A stretch of DNA of 64,000 nucleotides from Lama guanicoe (taxonomy: Eukaryota): assembly GCA_013239625.1 (NCBI GenBank), contig MU053472.1, positions 2,515,822-2,579,821 of the forward strand, written 5' to 3'. Positions 1 to 13,670 of the stretch are shown here, piece by piece (position 1 is the stretch's first letter; each line of letters starts with the position of its first letter). Both the position numbers and the translations under genes were made by a program. Under the pieces are notes generated by a model. That model was not told where the DNA came from. It did not search any database and saw only the letters and a program-made list of their open reading frames with translations.

Positions 1-189
1 AATAGGACAGGCTGCCCAACCTAGCAAGTAGTGGATATTTTGACAGAGGTAGAGGTTTCCCCTACCTTTGAGATGCTAGAGCACACTCATAACTTGGCAT
101 ACAATTCCAAGAGGGTTCAGAAAATATCTTTTACCAATAAACACTACGAACCTCAGCTGGGCTTAAAGCCCTAGAACTAAGCAGTTAAT

Positions 190-465
190 GGAATAACCTA
201 TATACACATGATTATTGCGCACTTGTAAATGTGGCCAGTCCATGCTGAGATGTCTAAGTATAGAATTTATATTAGATTTCAAAGACACAGTTTAAAAAGT
301 AAAATACCTCATTAATACCATTTGCATATGTAATTACATGCTGAAATACTGAATATACTGGTTTAAATATATATAAATTAATTTCACTTTTTCCACTTGT
401 TTTAATGTGCCTACAACATTTAAAATTATATGTGACTCACGTTATATTTGTATTAGACAGCATTA
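190..465 (-). mobile_element. MER33-like hAT-Charlie MITE
   Basis: Reverse complement resembles the MER33 consensus and the copy at 16164-16470. Confidence 0.7.
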
Positions 466-1009
466 CCTTAGAAAACAAGAAAGGAATTGAGTCCTTAGAA
501 GACGTAATAGTGACAGCTTTTAGTTCCCTAATTCAGGTTTTCAGAGGTACTGAGGAACACAACTAAAGAACATCCTAGAGCTACATATAATGGCTACTAA
601 TATACCTCCAGAGGGGACTTTAATCTCACGATGCTTATATTTAATTAAAATGGAGATTAAGAGACTGTGTAAAAGCCACAGGTGTGGTGGAGAATAAACA
701 TTGCTCTATGGGTGAAATATAAAATATATTCTTTCATTTACTGCCTTAAAAAAAAAAAACCCCAACCTTGAATGACTTATTTAGTGAAGCTCCTGAAGTA
801 TTATTTTAATCATAAGTATAAAGGCTCTGGTGTAAGCAATGTCATCCAGAAAAACTTTCTGCAACGATGAAAATGTTTTATATTTGTATTTTCTCTGAGG
901 AGCACATCTACTGCCTTAAGCTCAGAATTACAAGTTTTCATTTTAAATCTTGGGAATCACCTTGACTTCTTAAAACTATATAAATGTATATAGTGAACAC
1001 TGCTAATTG

Positions 1010-1460
1010 CCTCCTTGGTATCTATTTCCCCTTCTCCCAATTGACTGCCTACCTAACATCTACTCTCCATTTTTTTCTTACTAACCAGAACCTTATTTTG
1101 TTCAGAGAAGCAACATTCCCACACAAAAAGTATTTATTTCTCTCAGTACAGTCAATGATCTGTTAGCTAAAGTTTCCAGAAAAGAATCTTTCTGATCCAA
1201 GGGTCACCCTTTCCCACTTCCTCCCTCTTCCTGCCTGGAATCCAGTGAGTGAGGCCCTGGAGGTACAACACTTATAGGGACCAGGAGGATAAAAGCCAAA
1301 AGCTAAAGATGACAGAGTAGAAAACGCCAGGGAGCCTGAATTTTGATGACATTACTGCATAGATTATCTACCTCCAGACTCCTTGCCGTCGAGAAAAACG
1401 AAACCCTACAGAAGCCAGGTAGTTAGGTTTCCTACCATCTGCAGCTTATAGAATTAACTC
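1010..1460 (+). mobile_element. Old MaLR LTR (MLT1J/K-like)
   Basis: Motifs cttcctgcctggaat, gaggataaaagcca and cctccagactcctt are typical of old MLT1 LTRs. Confidence 0.55.
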
Positions 1461-2386
1461 TTTTGTTGACAACAATGATGTATTTTCCGAGGGGAAAAAA
1501 AGTCTCGATGCGTCCAAGCTTGCCAGTGTCCACTCTACTAAAACTGAAAAGATAGGTAGTTTGGAAAAACTCCAGGTGCACATGAAAAAACGTGCACATG
1601 ACATAAAAATGACATCTCAACAAAGATTGCAATCACAACCAGATGTTTCCTTCATATCCTCACGTCTTCTAGGGAAAACAAACAAACCTCCTTCATCTTC
1701 TCCCACTTCCCATCTTATTCACTGCTATTTCATCTCCCTTGAAGTCTCACTAATTCAACAACTGCTTGGAACTAAATCTTCTAACAGCTTTTGCCTTATA
1801 ATATTGAAATTACAGAGAACAGTAGTAACCTAAAGCTTTTAACCAAATAGGTCTTAAAATCTTCTGTGCCTCCATCTGCAACTACTGTATAAATTAGTGT
1901 CACAAATTTGCTTAATTCAAATGTGAAGAAAATTATAAATACCCCAAAAGGACATGTCTTATATAGAAAAAACAAATTTAAATTACTTCAATATAAAGCA
2001 AAAAAAAAAGGGTTAACTCAATCCAAAAACATGACTACAGATCACCATCTAAGAACAAATATTAATATTACTTAATTTTAACAGAGTACCATGAATGTAT
2101 TTCCACTAGTCCTAAAAAGTATTCTTCAATGCACAAGTCTCTGCTTTCATCCCACATTTCTTCTATCATCCCAAGTTGAAACTTAGGCCACTGTTACTGA
2201 CACACAGCCTACTATCACTGCGAGAAAATTCTTAAGTCCGTAAAAGAAAGGATGAAAGGGTGAAAGAAAACTAAGTACTTATATTATTTGCCAAAGTTAG
2301 CTTGTTTAAATCTACATTTTCTGTAAAGCCATTAAAATTAACAAACCTAGAGAAATATCAAGGAAGAATTTTAATAAGATAGCTTA

Positions 2387-2584
<198 letters not shown>

Positions 2585-5500
2585 TCAAATCGTGGCACTA
2601 TACCTACTCTGAACCAAGTAAAGAGTTACAGTTTAATGCCTAAGTTCATAAACCGTACTTCATCTCAGAATATTGAGCTGCAATCACTTCAGTATCTCTC
2701 TCGATATTAAAATATCAGGTTTCAAAGCTACTCCACTGAGAATAAACGGTCTAAGTGCCATGTATTCTATTAAATTACCTGAAAATTATTTTCCCACTGT
2801 AGAAAAAGGCAACAATATGTTGTAAACTTACTGATTCGGTTTCTCTATCAATGAAAAGGACATTTGTATAACCTGGGAAATATTAAACACTCTGTACCTA
2901 AGATGCTCATATCTAAGCTGGCTCACTTGTTACTTTGCCCTAATCCTTCTAGTCATTCACCCTGCCAAAAAGACCAGCTAGTTAATAATTAAACTCAAAA
3001 CATTTTATGTCCATCAGCATTCTAATCCACAACTAAAGTATAAAAATAAGCGATAAATTAAAAAAAAAGGAAGCTTTTGGCAAGAGCCTAACAAGCAGTG
3101 CATTATCAGCCACCTTCGGTCTCATTTCAACCAAATGATTCCCATAATTACTATTCAACACAGGATTCTCTACTTGGGGGAAAAATTTAAAAATACAAAG
3201 ACAAATTCTGATATAAAGTTATAGTGATCTTTACTAACTGTATTTACACTCCAAGTTACAAAAACAAAAAAATAAGTCATTTTAAGTATGAACATAGTTC
3301 AGAAAAAACCTTTTTATTCCATCCATCTCATGCCTATAACAAAGCATCCAATGAGCTCTACTACAAATGATAGCTACTACCTTCAGCATTTTACCTTTTG
3401 CAATATTTTAAACTGTTATTTCAAATATAACTTAGTATCCTTCTACAGCCTTTATGACTTTATAAACATTTTATAAATACGGCTCTTCTTCCAAGTAAGT
3501 AAAAATAAATAACCTTTCTTAATTCAACACTAAAAATGTATATATCATTCCAACAGAAAAATAATAAACTGACGCTTTTGAATAAAACAGAAACATATTA
3601 AGAGTGACTCATGGTTTACATTCATAACATACAACAAATGGGTCGAATAAACATTAACTCGAAAGCATAACGACAGTGGACTTTAGCTGCACTAGAAATT
3701 CATGCCACTACAAAGGTTAATGTTGATTTTATGTTCTTTACAATGTTTCCTAAATTACAAAGTCTTTCTTTCAAATCACGTATTTGTGTTTTTTTCTAAG
3801 AAGGTAAGCTTTAAAAAAAAAATGAAGTAAGCTTTAGAAAATGACAATACTTAGGAACTGAAATAATTTTTAAATCATTAACATTAAGCATTAATATTAA
3901 AAAGTTCTTTACGTTTTATATTTATAGACATCCTTATCTACTTCCATTTAAAGCCAAAATTTTACAAGTTTCCCTTTATTAAAGAAAACAGTAGGCTAGG
4001 AGAAGAGGGAAGCAGTACATAATGACTTCATTTTAATTATTTAAAAGACCTAGATCACAAGCATATTTGTGAGTTGCTGAGAGGAAAAAAAATGAATCTT
4101 TCTCAATCTGCTTTCAGCCTAATCAGGTTCTATGTTTACCATTTCAAAATTAAATAGCTACATTAAGAAATGTACCTCAAATTATGTGATTTGTGATCAC
4201 TAAAAAACACATATTCTTAATTTCAAGAGAATTATGCTGGGACTATCTCCCAACTCTTTACTTCTTTATAATCTCTTTAGTGTACTTTTATTTTTATTAC
4301 CTTTTACCTCAAAAATCCTTACCTTCTAAGAAGCACTGTGATGTAACATTTGTCACACACAAGTAGTCCCTACAAAATCTTTTTTCTAACTACTGCAGTT
4401 TTAAAACAAAAATCCAAGACAGTTAGCCATTATATATCAAAGTTGTACAGTCACTATGAACTTCAAATATCAGAAAATTATTCACTTAAAACTTGAGACT
4501 GAATTCACCTCTTCCCAAAGAGTAAATAAACGTTTAGAATAGTAAAAGCCACAATATAATTTATATAAATATTCACACAAAATTCTAAGAACTATATAGT
4601 TTTAAAAAAATCTATTTCAGTTAAACCTATAGTTAAATAGTTTAAGAATACTAAATATAGTTTAGAAAATTAATCAGTATTAATTTTCAAGCATTTCTCC
4701 CTAACTGCTCTAAATTTTTTTCCAGAGAAACTCAGATGAACTAAATCCTCATTTTACATTATACTCTCAGATGCCAACAATTCTCATTAACACTGAATGG
4801 GAGTTTATGCATAAAACAAAGAACAGACCACCTGTTAGCATTTTCTAAGGCCAACAAGATCTTAAGTACATCTTCGCCTACATGGCAGGTGACCAAAACC
4901 AATCATTACACTAAAGTAACATAACTTCAATTTTCATGGCTAAGGAAATAATGGTAAGTCCCAGTAACACTCAATGAAAAGCTGGAAGGTTTTTTTTTTT
5001 TGGTGGGGCTAGTGTCACTTAGAAACACGAAGCCTACTAAGCCAAGCTTCTAATATTCTGATATTATTAATAACAATAAAAATACTTCTCTACATGTTGT
5101 AGTCAGAGAAATAAAAAGTGAAATGGTATAACCAAACCACCCAAGACATAGTGATATGCACGTCTTACATTAATTAAAATAAGTCCTTGATTCTCAACAC
5201 CAGCATTATAATAGGGAAGGGAAGAGGGGACACATGGCAAATCTCTACCTAGCTCTTTTGAACTTAATCAACCACAGTCCAATGGAAAAAGTCCACTTAA
5301 TGCATTTAAATAAATGTTTTCCTCCTCCTGTATCTGTATCCCCAGAGAAAATAGTTTCAATTCTGTGTTTTTAGTACTTTTCTATTAACCTTAGCATTAA
5401 AACTCTTAAATGTTACTTGAAAAATTTTCACAAAATATTTATTTGAAGAAAACAATGTAAAAGATCAAATGCTAAATTTTATTTCCATAAGATATTTTTT

Positions 5501-7249
5501 TCTGAGGATACAGATATAGTGAGGCCAAAGTATGTGACAGGTCATTAATATAATTCTCCATGAGGGGGGGAAAAAATCAAAACCAAAAAACTGATAATAC
5601 CCAGTCCTTGTACTCAGTTTTCTCAAAACTGACATCTTTAAACATCTCTACAACAATAAACTGGTAAAAAGGGAACCTTTTTCTAAATATTTCTGCCAAA
5701 CTATTAAAATGCAACCTACACCAATAAGTAATAAATGGGTCATGGTAGAAAATACCATGTATTCCTTGAAAGAATAAAGAGAAATGTTTAAATGTCAAGT
5801 TTAGTGTTTGTCTTGAACAATTGCCCATGCATAAGCCATTCATTCAACAAATATTACTGAAGAGTCTTAAACTGGCATCATTGATCAGCAAAACCTGAAA
5901 AACATATTAGGCTGCTTTTAAACCAAAGTTTACCTTTGATTTGAAGGTTTAAAAGATACACTTTCTTGCTCAAAACAGACAGTACACAGAAATATGTGTA
6001 AAGAAGAAATACAGTAAGCAAAGTTGTCCCAAGACTAGCAAACATGAAAAGTAAGGGCACAGTAAATTACGGAACAGAAGACAGAAACGAATTAACTCTC
6101 TTCAGGTTACCTGGGGCACAAAACAATTCTTTAGTTCGGCTAAACTTAGACTCCTATACTTGGCTAATTATCTACTTGTCAATTCTGTTAAAGCTGTTAT
6201 ATTAAGGTTAAATTCCACTATAATTAATATCCTTCAATAGAAGCATTCAAAATTAAATTCTGAGACTAAACAATGGCCTGTTTACTTTGACAGTATTTAT
6301 GATGAAATTGTTACAAGGAAAGAATCTGGACATGTCGCTAAAATTCCGTATATAGACCGCAGGAGCCAGGAAAAATATTTTTAGCCCTGACTGAGTCTGT
6401 TTTCTTAGTTCTCAAGGTATCAAGTTTTCTCGAAGAGTCTCATCACATTCTAGCTTACGATAATTTTTTTTTTAAGATGCAAACTTTGCGAGATGGTATT
6501 TGCTTTTATCTTTGTTTCAAGGGAAAGACTAAAAGCCAATGATGACAGCAATAAAATTCCAAAAAGGTTAAGGCACAGAATAAAAATACTCAGAAAACCC
6601 TTCTCCTTCAAGGACGCACTAACGATAATGAAACAATCTTGTTCTGAAGCAAACGAATGGTACATTCAAAAGAATCAATCGGTCCTACCCACTACAAAGA
6701 CTTTTGACCAGAGGTTAATTAAGCTAAAATTTTCCCACTACCACTTTTACACTTCTGTCACACAAACACCAAATACGGTTTGCTACAAAGTTTAAATTAA
6801 ATAAATCAAATTTAAAAGGCTGTAATCAAAGAGTTTTATTCCCTAATCTTTTTTCTATCAAAACATATCAGTACGGATCCCACTATCCATTCTCAGAGGA
6901 AAAAGAGCAAAAAGAAAAAAAAAGTATGTGGCTTTGGGATTCAAGGGCTATTATGAACAAACATCCTTCTGGAATATTATAGTTAGGGCAATAGTAGGTA
7001 GTAGAAATCCTGACCCAGAAATCATTAAGTCTTTGCAAATTACTAAACAGTACTGACTACTGCTACAAAACTAGTAACTGAGGGTTTAAAGTATGTATCA
7101 AAGCAGATTTAGCTTTTGTAACAGAATTATACCAATTAGCAATAAAAAGTTTATATTTGATTTCTACACATCAGCAAAACTTGAAAGGAAGGTGACCCAA
7201 ACACATGCTTCGTGTAGGAAAACAGGCAGAAATTTAAAACACACTATGG

Positions 7250-7600
7250 AACCTGACCAGACTCTTCAGAACTATCAAGATCATCAAAATAAAGCAAGTC
7301 TAAGAAACTGTCAGTCTAGGAGAACCGAAGGAAACATGACAACTAAATGTAATATGGTGTCCTTGATGAGATCATAGGATAAAAAAAGGACAAAAATAAA
7401 GGAAACCCAAATATTGATCTTAGTTAATACTAAGATATTAATATTTGTTCATTAGCTGTGGAAAATGTACCATTCTAATGGACAAATGTACCATTCTAAT
7501 GAAAGAAACTAGGTGAGGTTTATTCAGGAATCTCTATACTTTCTTTGCAGCTTTTATGTAAATACAAAACTATTTTAAAATAAAATGCAAATTTAAAAAA
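7250..7600 (+). mobile_element. Old L1 (L1MC/MD-like) 3' end
   Basis: gacaactaaatgtaat...ggaatctctatactttctttgcagctttt...ctattttaaaataaaa, followed by an A-rich tail. Confidence 0.65.
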
Positions 7601-10161
7601 AATACACTATGGATAACACAAGGAGGTAAGGGGGTTAAGCAAAGGCAATTCTGTATTTTTAATATGATCCTTCAGTTAATAAGAAAAACTGAGAATTCTA
7701 ATCTGCAAAAACCTTCCCTCAACAAGAAGAGCAATATTATCACCATAATCACAAACATTTCAGTAACAAGATGTGGTAGGTGCTGAACCAAACAGAAGGA
7801 CTCTGCCGGTAAAGAGCAGACTCAAACTAAATTAACCAGCTTTTCAGTTACCACCTGGGTCCTTCCGGTTCCCCTTTCCTCACTGCTACACCTCCACTTG
7901 GAACTCAGGATTGCCTCCTACAGCTGATGCCACCCCTACTGTCCAGCTGCTCTCTTCTCAGGGGAGCTTAAAAGAAGGGGATAGAGTGCCACAGATGGAA
8001 AGAAATGAAAAAGGGGTTAGCTAGAGAGACAGAGGCAGACTAATTACCCCAAAAGGGAGGCAGACGGTGTCCCTGGAGAAAGAAAAAGGAGAGACAAATA
8101 TACTCCATCTGAAAAGACCTTATTATTCCTTAAGATACGTCTGATTTAAGTAACAACGTCCAAAAGTAAATGACAGGTTAAAAAAAAGTTAAAACATTAT
8201 AAAAATGCCATTGGCTACACAAACTGTTTAAAACAGTACAGGACAGACTTTGGAATAGTAAAAATGGATTACATACAACTAATACATTTTGGTTTACTAT
8301 TTCACTTGCTTTCACTCTGGTAAATTCTTAAAAGTTATTTACCATTCAATGTCATTTACAAAATCTTAACAATCAAAGCCTAATCGTCCAAAATTATTTT
8401 CATTATTTTAAATTTTTAAAAATCATGCTAAAAAACAAAGTTAAATGATAAGAATTTTTTCTTAACTGAAACCCAGTTTCAGGAGAAAACATATTTAACA
8501 CATAACATGAAACTTAGGGGGAAAAAAACACACATAATTTTAAAATACAACTAAGTTTTTAATTTTCAAAACATTTGTCCTACTATGGCAAAACTAAATA
8601 CTATGTATCTGTTAAAAGTATCTTTGATTCCACAAAATGTATTTCATGGAATGTGTGTTGGCGGGGAACGGTCTGTTTGGATGCTCTGCCAACTTTATTA
8701 AGACGACTGAAACCCCCAGGTCAGAATTATAGTTTACTTATAGTTATGAACAACATTAAAAATTCTTCAAACATTTTGGTAAGGTGGTTTTTATGACCAC
8801 TTAAAATAAAAATTAAAATAATTCAAGCATGTCCAAGTCAATGAAAAAAAAAGGAAGCTGGCAGGCTTAGCTTTTGGCATGACAATTACAAAGCATCATC
8901 CTGCTGATGCTGTAAAGGAATATTATGCCCTAATATATATATGCATATATTATACACACATACATAAACATATACAAAAACACATCATTTAGTGTATTTA
9001 GGAATATAATACATACTTAAAACTAAGGCTAGACTCTCCAGTAGCATCTTACCAGGAAAGCTGGAAAAGCTCAAAAGCATTTATCATAGAATTGCAATCA
9101 CTCTCAAAGTATTAACACTGAAGAGTTTGTTCATTAGAAGGCAAAAAGCAACTACTAAAACAAATATAACACGCACATTCCTGCACAAACATCGGTTCAC
9201 TAAGTGCTTATTTGAGATAGTCACCTGGATTATATTACATCCAAAAATAAAACAGATTCTATAGGTCAAATGGACAATAACAAATTTCAGAGTACTCGAT
9301 TTCAAATAAGAACTTTTTTTTTAGTTATCTAAAAATCCTAAATTTATCGGTCAAGAATCATTATGTTACATCTCGCTGAAGTCTTTGGTACCTTGCAGCA
9401 AATTAACCAAGCACATTTCTATCATCAAAGAATCAGTTAACACTGATCTCGTACATTCTAAGGTAAACACAAGTGTCAGGAATTACATGAAGAGCTGTAG
9501 TTTCTCCTTCTAAAGTAACATTTGGTACTAAAAGTCAAGAAAATAAGGTGGAAGTAGTCTCATTGCTTTGCTCATAGTACAATTAGTTCTGTGAACCTTT
9601 TTTAGATAATGACCCCTACGTCCCACTATAAAAGCTAAACAAGTTGGCACTGTTTCATATTAAAGATAGTCTTTGGTGCAACAGTACCTAAAAAAAAAAA
9701 GAATCACTTCAAGAATAACAAAATATATGCCTTCATATGTTAATTAAACCACAAATAAAAATAACAAAATAACTATATGCCTAGAAAAAAGATATATGAG
9801 AAAGTTACAATAAAACATTTCTAGACACTCCTACAATTGTTTGCATATTCATACAGGAGAGCGCAGTGGCAGAATTGACTCAAAAATGAGTTACACTTGG
9901 CTTCAAAGGTACGTTATGATTTTGTTAGGAAACGCTCCCCAATTCAATTTTTCTTAGGATAATTAATGTAACATATCTTCCTTGGGCCCAATTCATGGTG
10001 AGGAAGCTAGGTGGTGGAAGAATAAAGTTATCCAAGGCTTAAAAAACCTGCCATGATACGCATAATTTAAGTAAAATAAAATAACCAGTGAAATAAAACA
10101 TGACGCTGAATTTTTATCTGGCTTTATACCCAACAATGCCGCACTAAAAAAAGAAATCTTA

Positions 10162-10494
<333 letters not shown>

Positions 10495-12263
10495 TTATTA
10501 TTGCATATTTCACTCAAAATCAAAAGTACTCACTATTGAAGTCCCTTATTTCATTAAGACATTACAATTTTTCAATATATGCTTAAGATATCAAAAGCAA
10601 GCTGACGGGGGGAACCATTTAATTCTGATAATTCAACAGTCAAAAATTAAAGGAGAAAAACGGTTAAAAAATTAACACTGGCATGCCATTGAATGGTAAG
10701 TCAATAAATATGCGTCCTAAGGAGAGAAAAAGAAACTTAATATTAAATATGAACATGTACTTTAATATTGTACACTGACTAAACATTTGCAATCTGTCCC
10801 AAGTTCTGTTTTAATTGGTTACATTTGTTCCTTGATGTCAGACTTACAACAAAAAAATAATTTTTTAAAAGACTCATCATTCCACGTTTATAGAAGCCAC
10901 GACTGTAATGAAAAGAAATCTAAACTACAACCGAAAAATTCTTGTTAATTCTTTACATATCTCTTTTTGAAGTTAAACAGCTGTTCACAAAGAACCGTCA
11001 AATTTGTGCTAGACTTATCTTCAAAGAACCTGATCCTAAAAGTACCAAAAATAGACAGAGTTGGGGAAGACAGAAATGTAAAACCTGCTGTTTGTCTTAT
11101 TACACCTGAAGAGATGCAGATTAATGAACATTGTATAAGAAAACACTTAATAAGGTGGGTAAGGGCATTAAAAAGTTCAATTTAGCATCCTGAAAGAAAT
11201 CCATCAGAGCGAACTCGGTAATTCCGTAATATAACTTAAAGGTGCAAAGCATAAAGTGCCAAAACTGAAACTGCTGATACATGACTGGCAGTTTACACTT
11301 GCCAACTAGTTGTGCTCCGCCCACTCAATTCACTCACCTATCACACACTCTCTTAATATTTCTCATAGGACAGTGAAAATGAAAAAGGAAAGTCACCAAA
11401 ACTTTAAATCATTGATGAAGCTAAGCTACTGTCCAACTGAGGACTAAATATTTGCAACAGTTGGTACTTTGGAAGTCTTTAACTATTGGATGTTCCCAGA
11501 CCTAAGCCAACTTACACAATTGTCATCCCTACATCCAGTTTCCCCTGACTTTTCAATAAAAGGAGCAATCTCCTCAAAACGTTCTAAAAACGCAGGCAAA
11601 ATATAAAAATATTTAGTGTAAAACCAGAGCACCTCCCCCATAAGTCCGCTCCAGTCTCACACAAACATAATGCTCTAATAAAAGCAAGATGGCTAGAAAT
11701 TGTCAAAATGGCAAACTGTTTTCAAAGTTTAAAGAGAAAACATATGAAATGGCATCTACTGTTTTTTTGCACACAGTCTGAAGTCACCCAAGGAAGAAAC
11801 TAACCTTCTGTTAGTTTGACTCATATAAAAACACGTAAAACGAAAAGAGGGTTTTTAGTGCATAAGTTCCGGGGTCCGGTTTATTGGGGAAAACCAAATT
11901 ACCAGAGTGAGACAGTGGCAATAATGGAAAGTGTGAAGAAGAGATACACGGTCAGTAAGGAGAAAAGCAACAGTTAAGCAAGAAACACAGAGGGAAATGC
12001 TAGTGTCCTGCCAGATAAGGAGCCCAAGTTCAGGACAAGACTACGGTGAGAAAAAGAGAGTCAGAAAAAAGGCCGACACTCCTGAAGCAGAGCCCGGGCT
12101 GGTGCGGGGCTGGCCGCGGCGCCGGCTCGGGCTGGGCCTAGCCCGGGGACTCGGGCATCTGGATCCGACCCGGACCCCCTCCCCCACGGCCCAAGGGCGC
12201 ACCTCGCGGCCCCTCCCCCACCGCCCGCTCGCCGCGGCCCCCGCCCGCGGCCCGGGCACTCAC

Positions 12264-12329
12264 CAGGCAGAAGAGGTTACAGTGACAATCTTCCAGGCTG
12301 GCCCCGTTCGGCACGAAGGAGGAACTCAT
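12264..12329 (-). CDS. MED13: MED13 coding exon 1 ([22 protein letters not shown]), 66 nt
   Basis: ATG at 12329-12327. Translation matches the Mediator subunit 13 N-terminus. Followed by GTGAGT donor (plus-strand actcac 12258-12263); phase 0. Confidence 0.97.
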
Positions 12330-12370
12330 CGTCCCTCACAGCAGCCGCCGCCGGCGCCACAACCCACCAT
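12326..12370 (-). promoter_or_regulatory. uORF2 in MED13 5' leader ([14 protein letters not shown])
   Basis: Second upstream ATG in another frame; its TGA overlaps the main start as ATGA. Confidence 0.55.
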
Positions 12371-12377
12371 CCGCCAT
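12336..12377 (-). promoter_or_regulatory. uORF1 in MED13 5' leader (MADGGLWRRRRLL*)
   Basis: GTAATGG context (G at -3 and +4). TGA ends 6 nt upstream of the main ATG. Confidence 0.6.
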
Positions 12378-12438
12378 TACCGCCGCCTCCGACCAGAGAG
12401 AGAAACACAGACACCGGGGAGGGCGGGGGGGTGGTGGT

Positions 12439-12454
12439 NNNNNNNNNNNNNNNN
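12439..12454. other. Assembly gap (16 N)
   Basis: Run of n characters inside the GC-rich promoter. Confidence 1.
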
Positions 12455-13154
12455 CGGCACCCAGCCGCCCGGGGCCGAGGGCCGGGGGCGGGCGGGCCGC
12501 GCCGCGCTCGCCCCGCGGGCCGGACTGCGGCCGCCGCGGAGCCCGCGGACGCTCGTCCCTCTCCGGGGGACAGGGGATGTGTGACCCTGCCACAAGAAAA
12601 ATAATAAATTACACAATAAATAATTAAAATTGAGTCCGAGAGGGCAGAGCCCAAGCCCCGGAGGCTTCTCCCGGGCGGAGAGGCGCCCGCAGAGGGGCTG
12701 GAAGGGCGAGAACCGGGAGAGAAACCCAGGCCCCCGGCCCGGCAGCGGCGATGTCCTTAAGCCCAGAGTCTCCTCAGTGGCGGAGGTGGTGGCGGCGTCT
12801 GCGGGCTCAGACCATTCTCTGGCTCTGTCTTCGTGTCGCCCCTGGACCAAGCCGGCCTAACGTCCGCTCTCCTGCGGCCTCACCGCCGGGACGCCGTAGT
12901 CTCCCCCATTTTGTGGGCCCAGCGGGCGGTGTTTTTCCCCCTTTAATCCGAATTCACGGGTTTTCCCTTCGCTTTAATGGCGGCCACAGGGACCAGCTCG
13001 CCCTCTCTGCTCGCCCATTGGCCGTCTGGAGGTCACGTGGGCGCGGGCTCCGTGGGGAGGAGGGGAGAGGAGGGAGTGAGGGAGGACCGGGAAGCTTTCA
13101 GCAGAGGCGCTGAGCCCGGGGGGACGGGGCAGCCAGCTGGTGGCCACTAAGATA

Positions 13155-13168
13155 GCGCCATCTGCTGG
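13155..13168 (-). promoter_or_regulatory. CTCF core motif
   Basis: Minus strand reads CCAGCAGATGGCGC, fitting the CCASYAGRKGGCRS consensus, at the distal edge of the CpG island. Confidence 0.65.
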
Positions 13169-13469
13169 GTGCCCCGGCCGGTGTAAAATGACCCGGGGCC
13201 CTGGCCCTAATCTTTTTCCGTGCGGGTGAATTTACAGATACAAGAGAGTTCATATCAAAAATCTGAGAATTACATTTGAATCAGTTTGAATTCTTTGTAA
13301 GAGAAAGTGCTGCAAAAATTCCAAGCCATTCTCATTTACTCCGCAAGGCAGCCGGGGCGCAATGCAAACTTCTGGGCTTGGGAGTCACACAATCTGAGAT
13401 GGGACTTGAAAAGTTGTGATACTAAGAAAGAAACACAAACGAAACAATATAGCTTTGTGGTTAACAGCC

Positions 13470-13670
13470 TGGGAGTTAGAGCCATACTGTCAGGGTTAGA
13501 AGCTTGAGCGAATCACTTACCTCTGTGTCTCAGTTTCCTCGTCTGTAAAATGGGGAAAACATATCCCCTACCTCACACGGTTGTTGTGGTAATTGAGTTA
13601 ATACAAATAAAGTACGTAGCCCAGTACCCGGCACAGGTAAGCCCTGTTTGGAGTTATCTATTATTGTTGT
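13470..13670 (+). mobile_element. MIR SINE
   Basis: Core ctcagtttcctcgtctgtaaaatgggg...cctacctcacacggttgttgtg. Confidence 0.8.

Larger units (their letters stand above)
12040..13230. promoter_or_regulatory. CpG island / MED13 promoter and first exon
   Basis: Abrupt switch to very GC- and CpG-rich sequence around exon 1. GC boxes, YY1-like AATGGCGG (12371-12378 minus; 12976-12983 plus), ATTGG 13017-13021, E-box GTCACGTG 13032-13039. Confidence 0.92.

Noticed and set aside
11997..13113. Long GC-rich ORFs on both strands (up to 195 aa)
   Set aside because: Expected from stop-codon scarcity in a CpG island; Pro/Arg/Gly low complexity; several cross the N gap. Only the 66-nt MED13 exon is supported.
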